Source: Octopus sinensis (Eukaryota). Taken from it: DNA of 64,000 nucleotides. The stretch covers positions 52 through 64,051 of the forward strand of contig NW_021831864.1 of assembly GCF_006345805.1 (NCBI RefSeq). The letters are read 5' to 3'. Below are positions 1 through 12,136 of this stretch, in pieces; positions within the stretch are counted from its first letter, which is position 1; each line of letters starts with the position of its first letter. Position numbers and translations under genes: made by a program. The notes beneath the pieces are model-generated. The model saw only the letters and a program-made list of their open reading frames with translations, made no database searches and was not told the origin of the DNA.

Positions 1-220
1 CTAACAAAAATTCTAATCATGACACATTTGTCCCTTACTACTCATGTTTATGCCCAGATTCCAAAATCCTAATCTTATGGAACCTATTCCAAGGGCTTTT
101 GCTCCTGAAAAATGGAGCTGATGGAGCTCTAAAATGTGGGAGTTAAGGCCCTTATTGGAGGAGTGGGGGTGTCTGAAAGTCAACTAGAGTAGTTAAATTG
201 TTAGGAATCTTTTAACTTAC

Positions 221-627
221 TTTTTACTCTTTTACTTGTTTCAGTCATTTGACTGCGGCCATGCTGGAGCACCGCCTTTTTAGTCGAAGAAATCGACCCT
301 CAGGACTTATTCTTTGTAAGCCTAGTACTTATTCTATCGGTCTCTTTTGCCGAACCGCTAAGTTACGGGGACGTAAACACACCACCATCGGTTGTCAAGT
401 GATGTTGGGGGACAGACACAGACACACAAACACACACACACACACATAAATATACATATATACGACGGGCTTCTTTCAGTTTCCGTCTACCAAATCCACT
501 CACAAGGCTTTGGTCGGCCTGGGGCTATAGTAGAAGACACTTGCCCAAGGTGCCACGCAGTGGGACTGAACCCGGAACCATGTGGTTCTTTAACAAGCTA
601 CTTACCACACAGCCACTCCTACGCCTA
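221..627 (-). mobile_element. tRNA-derived SINE (family A), full length, with internal (CA)/(TA) microsatellite
   Basis: Minus strand starts GGCGTAGGAGTGGCTGTGTGG (A box) ... GGTTCAGTCC (B box), then CORE-like CCTTGGGCAAGTGTCTT, and ends CCAGCATGGCCGCAGTCAAATGACTGAAACAAGTAAAAGAG. The same sequence recurs several times in the window. Confidence 0.85.
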
Positions 628-1243
628 TGGGTCTTATATCTATTGAATGTTCACTGGGTTTGTAAAAGAGAGCAAAGCTATAGGAAACCAAAAGACGAAT
701 GATCACAATAAGCAGTCAGCTACCCTACCCTCATCGTTACTACTCCCCAATGTAGGATTCCTCACCATTCAGGTGACGGGCACAACCATAAGATGCATTC
801 CGGATCTATAGCAATTGGAAGGATGTAGGGAAAGTGTCACCTCTGGAGTTTGCCAATTATCACTATGCCGATAAGTAACTAGACAAAATAAATTTGAAAT
901 CTATAAATCTCTTTGAATAACCAGTCACTTATCTGCGAAGGCCTTGAAATCAATGTTCACATCTGAGGACTATCTCTGACCCAGTGAAAATAAAAAGACC
1001 CAAAGGAGATCTGCAACCAAATAACTTTACTCAACACTTTGGAGGCAAATATTCTCCTCCTTTACTTGACAATTTATTCACCACATTGCAGAAATCACAA
1101 TCTAAGTATATCCCAAAGCAAACTCTTACACTGTTGTACCATTGAATTACAAATAACGGTCATCTTTTATGCTCGGGTGACCCTACAGCTTCCAAGTGTA
1201 CAATTGTATTCATCTTGACTTTAAATAAATGAGTAAATTGTAG

Positions 1244-1284
<41 letters not shown>

Positions 1285-1845
1285 GGTATGTAGAAAAATA
1301 CAACATGGACAAGAACGTATAACTCTTAGAAGACGATACAATAAACACGGACAGGACATTCGAAACCCTCAGTCTTCAGTCAAGAACCGGATCATCGTAG
1401 TAATTTCGGCTGATTAATCTTGAGATTACTAGATCACGGCCAGCCCTCCAAGAAAAACTAAGCAACGAGCATTAGAAAAACTAAGCTAGGAGCGTAGATT
1501 TCCTGGAAGAAGGATCGAATGCATACGGACACCAGGACAGCAAAAGGGACGAATATAAAAAAACAAAAAAATAATGGAATACAGAAACATGAAATACAGA
1601 AGCATTAACGGTGAAAACAGCAACAAGTGTCTTACGACTGATAACAAGCATATATATATATATATACATAAAAGAGTTGCGGAATGGATCAGATAAGACC
1701 CGGATTTTAGCTATTCCATTCCGTAAATCTATATTTCGCATATATGTAGAAGATATGTAGAAGGTTGAAAAGGAACACACGACTTGATATATATGGAAAA
1801 AAAGTCAAAGTAGAAAATGCTAAAATAATTTTATAAAAAACATTT

Positions 1846-1881
1846 CAGTACCGGTTTCAGTCATTGAGACTTTTTCAACTG
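1846..1881 (-). ncRNA. Minimal type-I hammerhead ribozyme motif, U3-A8 core variant
   Basis: Minus strand reads CAG-TTGAAAA-AGTC(tcaat)GACT-GAAA-CCGG-T-A-CTG: stem I CAG/CTG, 4-bp stem II, palindromic stem III ACCGGT, GUA cleavage triplet. Confidence 0.6.
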
Positions 1882-2044
1882 TAAGTATGGAAAACAATTA
1901 AATTTTGGAAAAATTAAATGAAAAGTTTTTTGAAAGAATTTTTGCATAGTATTCAAATACAAGGGACATTTTCCTTGTTTCTGTCTGTCTCTGTCTCTCT
2001 TGTTTACTCTTGTGGGTTCGAGGTCGTTGTGAATTCATGGCAGG

Positions 2045-2170
2045 GAAGAAGAAGAAGAAGAAGAAGAAGAAGAAGAAGAAGAAGAAGAAGAAGAAGAAGA
2101 AGAAGAAGATGGAGAAGAAGAAGAAAGAGGATGAGGAGGAAGAGGAAGAGAAGGAGAAGAATGAAGGAGT
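2045..2170 (+). repeat. (GAA)n microsatellite
   Basis: More than 20 consecutive GAA units, then degenerate GAG/GAA. Confidence 0.95.
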
Positions 2171-2174
2171 GCCG

Positions 2175-2530
2175 TGATTGTAGTAGGATGTTAAATGGTC
2201 AAGTGCCCTGAAAGTGACTTGTTGTGGTTGGTAGTAGTGATTGAATTCTTGAGACATCTCTTTTGAATGTATTGTTTATAAAATTTGCGTTGGTGTTATT
2301 CTAACCAGCAACAGTGGTAAAGTTAGGAAGGAGGTGGCGGAGGGGAAGACGAAGAAGAAGAAGGAGAAAGGGAAGGGAGAATAAGAAGGAATGTAGGTGG
2401 TATGATTGTAGTAGGATGTTAAATGGTAAAGTGACCTAAAAGTGACTCGTTATGGATTATAGCAGTGATTGGAACTGTTTTTTAATGAATTCCTGGGAAT
2501 CTTAAATGTATCATTTTTAATATTTGCGTG
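2175..2530 (+). repeat. Diverged ~228-bp tandem duplication
   Basis: tgattgtagtaggatgttaaatgg at 2175 and 2403, with matching downstream blocks. Confidence 0.7.
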
Positions 2531-2665
2531 TGATGAGGACAAATATCCGTCAAATGTAAATAATATATATGTACACACACACATACACACACACACACAC
2601 ACACACATAGTAGAAATGTGTTACAAAAAGAAAATATAAAATATAAAATACACGTGGAAATGTAA

Positions 2666-2838
2666 GGGGAAAATAAGAAAAATCAACGAAAATGCACATT
2701 GTAAATAAAAAAAGAAAAGGCTTTTTATGAAAGGTAACGACAGATATATACATGTATATATCTGTCGTTACCTTTCATAAAAAGCCTTTTCTTTTTTATT
2801 TACAATGTGCATTTTCGTTGATTTTTCTTATTTTCCCC
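2666..2838. repeat. Spacerless 173-bp palindrome
   Basis: Arms 2666-2752 and 2753-2838, centre ACATGT; one A/T-run length difference. The ORF track shows the same N-terminus (MYISVVTFHKKPFLF) on both strands. Confidence 0.95.
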
Positions 2839-2901
2839 CTATATATATATAGATCGTTAGCCACTACACACATTTTTTCTCTCCTTGTTTTTTCTGTCTC
2901 C

Positions 2902-2937
2902 CTTTCAGTAGAAGAGCGTAAGCTCGAAACGTAAAAG
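2902..2937 (+). ncRNA. Degenerate minimal hammerhead ribozyme motif
   Basis: CTTT-CAGTAGA-A-GAGC(GTAA)GCTC-GAAA-CG-T-A-AAAG. Stems I, II (GNRA loop) and palindromic III (ACGT) are intact; the core has 2 mismatches to CUGANGA. Confidence 0.45.
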
Positions 2938-3033
2938 ACTTTATCTATTCCTGAGCGTTATACTAATACACCTGTTTATTTTGTACACCACCTGCCTTCG
3001 TCTTTTGTTTTTCGTAAACTCTCCCTATATAAG

Positions 3034-3142
<109 letters not shown>

Positions 3143-3167
3143 TGTATGTATGTATATATATGCATGT

Positions 3168-3198
<31 letters not shown>

Positions 3199-3480
3199 AC
3201 TGTATGATCCAGGGATTGAGGTGCAAGAAGAAAGTATTCTTCATGCAATCCATAGTAGATATAAAACAACAATTTATAGGGACTGTAGTGGTTTATTGAG
3301 ACAGAAGGTTGTGGATTTCTTTTGTATCGAAGTACGATAAACAGAAAACGTTCCTTTTATATTTCACGGTAGGTGAACAGGGTTGCCAGCTGTCCGTGTA
3401 CGGATTCAAGAGTTACTGAATGGAGTAGATTAGATCCTAGCTGTAACCCTGATCATGTCTGCACCATTCTGTAACTCTTG

Positions 3481-3531
<51 letters not shown>

Positions 3532-3629
3532 ATAAAAAAGGTAAGACAACAAAAGAAAGATACCTCGATATTATGTAGATAGAGGAATTTATCTGTAAAT
3601 GTAATATGTGATAATTATTCGGTTGCCCT

Positions 3630-3690
3630 GATAAAACTCCGAGTTTCGGATGCCGAGGTGGAAAACCACGCCTCCATCTCTTCAGTTATC
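3630..3690 (-). ncRNA. Type-I hammerhead ribozyme motif
   Basis: Minus strand reads GATAA-CTGAAGA-GATG[gaggcgtggttttccacctcgg]CATC-c-GAAA-CTCGGAG-T-T-TTATC. Canonical CUGANGA/GAAA and a 5-bp stem I, but one extra C and H17=U. Confidence 0.5.
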
Positions 3691-4408
3691 CGGCCATTTT
3701 CCGATGGCCGAAGAGATGGCGGTGTGGTTTTCCACCTCGGATAGATATATCACTGAGAGCAATAGATTTAGTTGGCGGTCTTGTTATCTCTATTCTAGCT
3801 TTTGTTGAAGTAGAAGAGGTTAGAAAGGGTCAAGTAGTGAAAACATTATTTCGGCCTAGCTAAAGGAATCTGGAAAACGTAAAACTGCTGTCAGAGAAGA
3901 ACCATTGTTCCACCGTGGGAAAAGTTCTGGAGCAGTGTTAATTTAAATTTGGCTATAGTGGATCATTTTGGCCGCTATGGGTTTTGCACTAAATCACTAA
4001 ATCATCCATAACTTTTGTATTATCCTCTCAAATTACACCAAAATCTCAGACAATAACAATTAATATCGTGTTTATTGTGTGTGAAAATTATAGAAATTAA
4101 AACAACTTTGATAAAAACTTATACCTACTTTTTTGACAAAAACAATGCCGTTCTGAACATTTTGGCCGCAATTGTATATAAATCTAAGATCCAGTGACCG
4201 AGGTCTAAGAATAAAGTTATCTTCAAGCAATCCGTAGTCAATATTACAAAAAAATCTTTTAGAGACAGCGCTTTATTGAGACGGAAGTTTGTGGATTTTT
4301 CTCGTATCGAAGTAAGATAAGCTGAAGAAGTTGTTTTTTATATTTCACGGTAGGCGACCAGGTTTGACGGGTGTCCGAATAAAAATACAGGGTTTACTCC
4401 ATAACTCT

Positions 4409-4441
<33 letters not shown>

Positions 4442-4445
4442 ATAA

Positions 4446-5179
4446 ACGAGGGTACTACATGAGTAGCTGCATCGCTAAAAACAGAAGTCAAAAATATTTT
4501 TCTGCCACGGATCTGTCACAAATCTAATACAGGCATGGTAGGAAAACATTCAGTGAACAGTAAAATCGTCTTACCTCTGCTAGGTGAGCACAAGTAAAGC
4601 TGGCCAATCTGATGCCATGGTTTTGAAATTAGTACCAAAATGGTGCCTGTTTCTCCTCAGTCACAATCAGTCAGCGAACTAATACTAAAATTTTCCCCAC
4701 CATGTCTGAAAAACTATTTAAACAAAAGAAATACGTGAAACTATCTATAAGTAAATATAGAGCGATTGTACTACTAAAATGCCATCAGTAGTAGTAAGCG
4801 AACATCAGCTGTACAGGCAAATTAATAGAATATATACATACAATATAAAACTTGTACTTACATGTATATATACACGAGGGTGGTACATAAATAATTGCAT
4901 CGCCAAATATAGAGGTCAAAAATACTTCTCGGCCAGACACAAATCTAATATACGCATGGCAGGAAAAAAAATCCTATGAACAATATAATGGTCTTAGCTC
5001 TGCTAGATCAGCACGAGTAATTCTGGTCAATCTGACACCAGGGTTTCGAAATTAGCACACAAAAGTGCCTGTTTCTCCTCATTCAGGGTCTGGCAGATAC
5101 CTACTACTAAAGTGCCATAGCAGAGACGAATTTTCGACTTCTATTTTCAGCGATGCAGGTACTCATGCCGTACCCTCGT
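4446..5179. mobile_element. Tc1/mariner-type MITE with two left ends
   Basis: ACGAGGGTACTACATGAGTAGCTGCATCGC at 4446 and a diverged copy at 4874 are inverted repeats of 5144-5179 (..GCGATGCAGGTACTCATGCCGTACCCTCGT|A), followed by TA. Internal parts 4446-4660 and 4874-5085 are homologous. Confidence 0.7.
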
Positions 5180-5660
<481 letters not shown>

Positions 5661-5775
5661 ACAACAAACAATGCACAAAGACAATCTTATCTTTATTTCA
5701 GGTCACACCAAAACACCAGCCATTGTTTTAATTGCAGTAACTCATACACACACAGACATATTACAAACATATGCA

Positions 5776-5830
<55 letters not shown>

Positions 5831-5841
5831 GTGTATATATT

Positions 5842-6148
5842 CTTTTATTCTTTTATATGTTTGAGATAATTGATTGCGGCCATGCTGCGGCACGGCCTTT
5901 AGTCAAAAACTCCAAAACTTATTCTTTGTAAGCCTGGTACTTATTCTATCGATATCTTTTACAGAACCGCTAGGTTACGGAGACATAAACACACCAACGT
6001 CGGTTGTCAAGCGATGGTGGGGGTATAACTCCCGACACACAGGCACACACGCTCAAACACACACACATAAACGACAGGCTTCTTTCAGTTTCGCTCTACC
6101 AAATCCACTCACAAGGCGTTGGTCAGCCGAGGCTATAGTGGAAGACAC
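5842..6148 (-). mobile_element. SINE family A, head-truncated copy
   Basis: Aligns by eye to 230-545 (gcggccatgctg..., cttattctttgtaagcc, ctaccaaatccactcacaagg). Confidence 0.8.
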
Positions 6149-6266
6149 TAATAACTAGGAAAATATGTGTGTGTCTCCGTGTGTTTTTGCGCGCGCGCGC
6201 GTGTGTATGTGTGTGTGTGCGTACCATATATATACATATATATATATTCTTTTACTATTTTATACT

Positions 6267-6664
6267 CTTTTACTTGTTTCACTGATCTGATTGCGGCAAT
6301 GCTGGATCACCAGCTTTAATCGAATAAATCGATACAGGACTTATTCTTTGCACTCCTGGTACTTATTCTATCCCAATGTTTTTGCCGAACTGCTAAGTGT
6401 CGGGGACATAAAAACACCAACAACGGTTGCCAAGCGAAGGGGGACGGGGGACAAACACTGACGCAAACAACAAACGCATATATATATATATATATATGCG
6501 ACGGGATTCTTTCAGTTTCCATCTACCAAATCCACTCTCAGGGCTTTGGTCGATCCGAGGCTACAGTGGGAGACACTTGCCCAAGGTGCTACGTAGTAGG
6601 ACTGAATCCAGAACTATGTGGTTGGTAAGCAAGGTTCTTACGAAACAGCAACTCCTGCGCCTAT
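6267..6664 (-). mobile_element. SINE family A, full-length copy
   Basis: Same blocks as 221-627; the internal microsatellite here is (TA)n. Confidence 0.8.
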
Positions 6665-6676
6665 ACATATATATAT

Positions 6677-6718
<42 letters not shown>

Positions 6719-6728
6719 ATATTATATA

Positions 6729-6777
<49 letters not shown>

Positions 6778-7615
6778 ATATATACATATAGCAAATAAGA
6801 TAATGGAGTGGATATGAAACGGCAAGCATCATCCGGTAGACATTCCAGTGTGTCTATTTATTCCAAAGCATTAGAAAGTATTAGAAGAAAACATACACAT
6901 GTAGTAACCATGTGTTACACACTCATGTATTAATATTACAAGAAAGAGCAAAAGATCAGTTCCTTACGGCCGTTTCTGCTAAGAGGCAACGAAATCCTCC
7001 ATGCCATCTCCATCTCTTCAGTGTTCTGTAGGGATGGGCAGATAAGTTTTGGATGATGAGTGTGCCTCTAGGCTGCTTCAGAGGGTCTAAGTGGTTAGGA
7101 GGGCTAATACATATAATTAACAATTAACAATAGGTGCAGTGTATTTGTCATTATAGAAAAGAGCAGAAAAACAATAGGAGCAAACATGAGACTGTGAGAG
7201 AAGGACAACTTATTGAAATGAATTAGGTACAGAAAGGGGAAATAAACTACGAACTTCCCTTGGTGTAATCCAGGATCCATGTTATTCCATCCAATGGTGG
7301 ATAGATGAGTATAGTCGTTCTTGGGAGGAGTTTTTAGGAAGGGCGAATTTAGGCATTAGTTCGCATTATGTTTGCATAGAAATTCACATTATGTTTACAT
7401 AGAAATAAAGTGGTGTTACAGAGGTGAAAGTTCATATGTAAAGTGCCAGCTAGTAGGTTCGAATTTGCGGATGGAATGGCATAAGGTGCCTATGATGGTG
7501 AACCCACCATGGGAAAATTTGGTATATAAGCGTACTAATGAGAGTAAGGAACCAGATGGTGACTAAAAGGCGCTATCCCTTAGTTGGTTGGCTTCACAAC
7601 CTCTAACTCTCAGAG

Positions 7616-7649
<34 letters not shown>

Positions 7650-7662
7650 GTATGTATGTATG

Positions 7663-7823
7663 CGACGGGATTCTTTTAGTTTCCATCTACCAAATCCACT
7701 CACAAGGCTTTGGTCAGTCCGAGGCTATCGTGGAAGACACTTGCTCAAGATGCCACGTAGTAGGACTGAACCTAGAACCATGTGGTTGATAAGCAAGCTA
7801 CTTACCACACAGCCACTCCTGCG

Positions 7824-7828
<5 letters not shown>
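7663..7828 (-). mobile_element. SINE family A, head half only
   Basis: ctaccaaatccactcacaaggctttggtc...cttaccacacagccactcctgcgcc, flanked by (TA)n. Confidence 0.8.
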
Positions 7829-7863
<35 letters not shown>

Positions 7864-8332
7864 AACTATATTATTAAAATTAATAATTTAACGGCGGCGC
7901 ATCAGCATGGCCGCAGCTCTGACCTGAAACTAAAAAAAACATATCATCAAAAATATATTTGTTTGTGTGTATGAGTGTGTGTGTGTGTGATATATATATA
8001 TACACAATATTAAAATTTATAATATCTACGAAACTATGTTTGTGTGTTTGTGTGTTTGTGTGTGTTTGTGTGTGTTTGTGTGTGTTTATGTGTGTATGTG
8101 CGTATGTTTGTGCGCGCGTGTGTGTGTGAAAGCGCTTGGCTTAGTGGTCAGTTTATTCGGCTCCCGATCATAAGGATATATTGTCGGTCGCGAGATCTAT
8201 CTGGATTTTTGCAGAAGATCAGCCTGGAGGAAAAAGAAAAGAAGGAAAAAATCCTAATATCCTTAGATGCCGAGAACTTTCCTAAGAATCTTAGCTGTCC
8301 CTAATAACACTGATTTCTGGAGAGAGGGGGAC

Positions 8333-8385
<53 letters not shown>

Positions 8386-8534
8386 CAGAAATAGAAAAGT
8401 TGTCAGCCATAATTTATGCATAAATTAAAACTTACAGCTTAATTGACAGGGAAGTCGTCGCAGTGTTTACTTTCGGTCTGGGTAAATATCCTAAACCAGC
8501 GAAGCAGTAATAAAAGTGATTGTAATTATTATAT

Positions 8535-8650
8535 CGGTTTCAAAATTTGGCACAAGGCCAGCAACTTCGGGCGAGGCTGTCACTCGTTTGTAACGACCAC
8601 AGTGCTTGACTGATCGACCTTGAAATGATGAAAGGCAAATTTGAACTCCT
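8535..8650 (-). mobile_element. MetaSINE-like fragment
   Basis: Minus strand tttgcctttcatcatttcaaggtcgat... ggccttgtgccaaattttgaaacc resembles the Meta domain (GCCTTTCATCC..GGTCGATAA, from memory) and 59170-59310. Confidence 0.45.
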
Positions 8651-9045
8651 GACGTACAGACGGATGAAACGCCGCAAAACATTTCACCAGACGTGCAAAC
8701 GATTCCGCCAGCTCGACGCCTCACACTCGATTAATATCAATTATTGCTCACAGTAAAACTCACAGAGACTTTGAAATTATACTGCAACCTCTCTCCTCTC
8801 TCTGGTGTAAAGAGGAATAAGAAAGTTTTTAATATTTTTTTTATCTAAACAAGGATGTGTATGGACTATTTTTATAGTTTTGGGGGTTTTCTGCACTTGG
8901 TCTAGTGTTGGTCTAGTAACTCTGTTAAGTTCCGTCTTTCTCAAGAATATGAGCCAGAGATGGCTACTTAAATGAAAGAACTTAAATGAAAGAGAAGAGC
9001 AGTACTTCAGATAATGTTATTCAATAAATGTCTCTTTTATATTAG

Positions 9046-9320
9046 GTTATTCTTATTGTTATCGGAGCATTGGTTTCAATATCGCGCAATCTGAAAAAAT
9101 ATCTGAAAACTTTAGGAATAGCCTACAATCTAGGTGTATTGCAAAAGTCGGCATTAGCTGGAACTGCATGCCTATTGCGTGAAATGCTGTCTGTCTGAGG
9201 TCCTTGTTGTGACTTGACAAATAGTACAAACCCCCGGTAGACACGATATCTTCAGTCAACAACCTCACGATGATGTATATTGTGCGATGTCGATGATGAT
9301 GATGATGATGATGATGATAA
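9046..9320 (+). mobile_element. R4/Dong-type RLE LINE, extreme 3' end (short 5'-truncated copy) with (GAT)n tail
   Basis: 9046-9198 translates VILIVIGALVSISRNLKKYLKTLGIAYNLGVLQKSALAGTACLLREMLSV*, matching the C-terminus of 12312-13115 (VIVGALG..LQEVQKIVLTGTSHVLR). Followed by ~90 nt 3'UTR and (GAT)9. Confidence 0.75.
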
Positions 9321-9332
9321 GAATGTTATTAT

Positions 9333-10915
9333 TGAGTGATAGAGCAGTGAAAGCCATCAGTGACACTGGGGTAAAATATACGAAGCCCAGTATACCCATC
9401 ATGACTACCCGTCTGATAAGGGTACACTAGACACATGCATCACAACGATATGTGTGCGACATGGTGATCTCATATTAAGATAAAACAGCACATGACCTTG
9501 TAGGTGGGACCCAGTTAGAATTTTCTTCTGGTAGAGTAGCCCATCCCGTTCAAAAGCTCCCTGAATAAGGGGTGTTTAAGGATGTTGAACGAAACACGCA
9601 TGTTTCCAGAGGTGAATTAGTCAAACCCCAAAGAATCCCTCTCAACACATGGCTATGATGCTCCCCCACTACTTTTGCTTTTGAACAGAGATGCACATAT
9701 CGTCAGCCACTAAGGACATGGTTAACTGGTTAAGGTCCAACAACTGTCAAGCAATGGACAGCAAATGGAGCTTATAAAACCTTTGTAGTATTTATGAGTT
9801 CTTCCGCCTGCCTTGTTCTACTCAATAAGAAACAACTTTCTTTTAAATTACACACATTATCTAGATTCCTGCATGTGCAGTCTCAGTTCAGATATGATCA
9901 GGGTAAGATTCATATCAAGTTATACACATTTTGATACAATAGTTTACATTCCTAAATTCGAGTCATGAAAAATCTATTTCTTGCAGCAAGGAAATTCACA
10001 AAAATTCATTCAAGTTCAAATTAGGAAATATTACAACTAAAATAGGAACTTGCAAAGCACAAAATACAATATGACCTCTGCTCCGCTGGCCACAACATTT
10101 GTCATTCTAGTAAATAAATAATAAAATAAATTTACGTTCATTTTTAAGTAAATACTTTTTATTTCAAATATTTACAAAATAACGAAACTAAAATGAATCT
10201 TCAATATTTTATGACTTCTATTTGTCTATTATTATTATTACTATTATTATTATTACTATTGTAATTATTAATAGTATTATTATTAATATTATTATTATTA
10301 TTATTGTTATTATTATTATTGTTATTATTATTATTGTTATTATTATTATTGTTATTATTATTATTATTATTATTATAATTATTGTTATTATAATTATTGT
10401 TATTATTATTATTATTAATATTATTATTATTATTATTATTGTTATTAATATCATTGTTATTATTATCATTGTTATTATTATCATTGTTATTATTATCGTT
10501 GTTGTTATTATTATTGTAATTATTATTATTATTATTGTTATTATTATTATTGTTAATATTATTATTATTTTTGTTATTATTATTATCAATGTTATTATTA
10601 TTATTGTTATTATTATAATTGTTATTATTATTATTGTTACTATTATTAGTGTTATTATTATTATTGTTATTATTATTATTGTTATTATTATTATTGGTAT
10701 TATTATTATTGTTATTATTATTACTACTTCTACTACTACTACTACTATTATTAATATTAATATTATTATTGATATTATTATTATTATTACTACTACTATT
10801 ACTACCACTACTACTACAACTATTATTACTATTATTATTATATTATTATTATATTGTTATTATTATTATTGTTATTAATATTATTGTTAATATTATTATT
10901 GTTATTATTATATTA

Positions 10916-10950
<35 letters not shown>
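9333..10950. repeat. Tandem duplication unit 1 (retroposon-like repeat + unique DNA + (ATT)n)
   Basis: 9333-10222 is nearly identical to 10951-11835 (offset ~1.61 kb); both are followed by the same interrupted ATT pattern. Confidence 0.9.
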
Positions 10951-12136
10951 GAGTGAGAGAGCAATTCATGCCATCAAAGTGACACTGGGGTAAAATAAAC
11001 GAAGCCCAATATACCCATCATGACTACCCGTCTGATAAGGGTACACCAGGCACATGCATCACAACCATATGTGCGCGACATGGTGATCTCATGTCAAGAT
11101 AAACAGCACATGACCTTATAGGTGGGACCCAGTTAGAATTTTCTTCTGGTAGAGTAGCCCATCCCATTCAAATGGTCCCTGAATATGGGGTGTTGAACGA
11201 AACACGCATGTTTCCAGAGGTGAATTAGTCAAACCCCAAAGAATCCCTCTCAACACATGGCTATGATGCTCCCCCACTACTTCTGCTTTTGAACAGAGAT
11301 GCACATATCGTCAGCCACCAAAGGACATGGTTAACTGGTTAAGGTCCAACAACTGTCAAGCAAATGGACAGCAAATGGAGCTTATAAAACCTTTGTAGTA
11401 TTTATGAGTTCTTCCGCCTGCCTTGTTCTACTCAATAAGAAACAACTATCTTTTAAATTACACACATTATCTAGATTCCTGCATGTGCAGTCTCAGTTCA
11501 GATATGATCAGGTTAAGATTCATCTCAAGTTATACACATTTTGATACAATAGTTTACATTCCTAAATTCGAGTCATAAAAAATCTATTTCTTGCAGCCAG
11601 GAAATTCACAAAAATTCATTCAAGTTCAAATTAGGAAATATTACAACTAAAATAGGAACTTGCAAAGCACAAAATACAATAGACCTCTGCTCCGCTGGCC
11701 ACAACATTTGTCATTCTAGTAAATAAATAATAAATAAATTTACGTTCATTTTTAAGTAAATACTTTTTATTTCAAATATTTACAAAATAACGAAACTAAA
11801 ATGAATCTTCAATTTTTATGACTTCTATTTATCTATTATTATTATTATTACTATTATTATTATTACTATTGTAATTATTAATAGTATTATTATTAATATT
11901 ATTATTATTATTATTGTTATTATTATTATTGTTATTATTATTATTGTTATTATTATTATTGTTATTATTATTATTATTATAATTATTGTTATTATTATTA
12001 TTATTATTAATATTATTATTATTATTATTATTATTGCTATTATCATTATTGTTATTATTATTATTGTTATTATTATCATTATTATTATTATTATTATTAT
12101 TATTGTTATTATTATTATTATTATTAATATTATTAT
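10951..12136. repeat. Tandem duplication unit 2
   Basis: As for unit 1; carries a 10-bp deletion (tttaaggatg) relative to unit 1. Confidence 0.9.

Noticed and set aside
6961-7025. Fourth hammerhead candidate on the minus strand (CTGAAGA ... GAAACGGCCGTA)
   Set aside because: Core halves and palindromic stem III are present, but stem I cannot be paired. At most a decayed relative.
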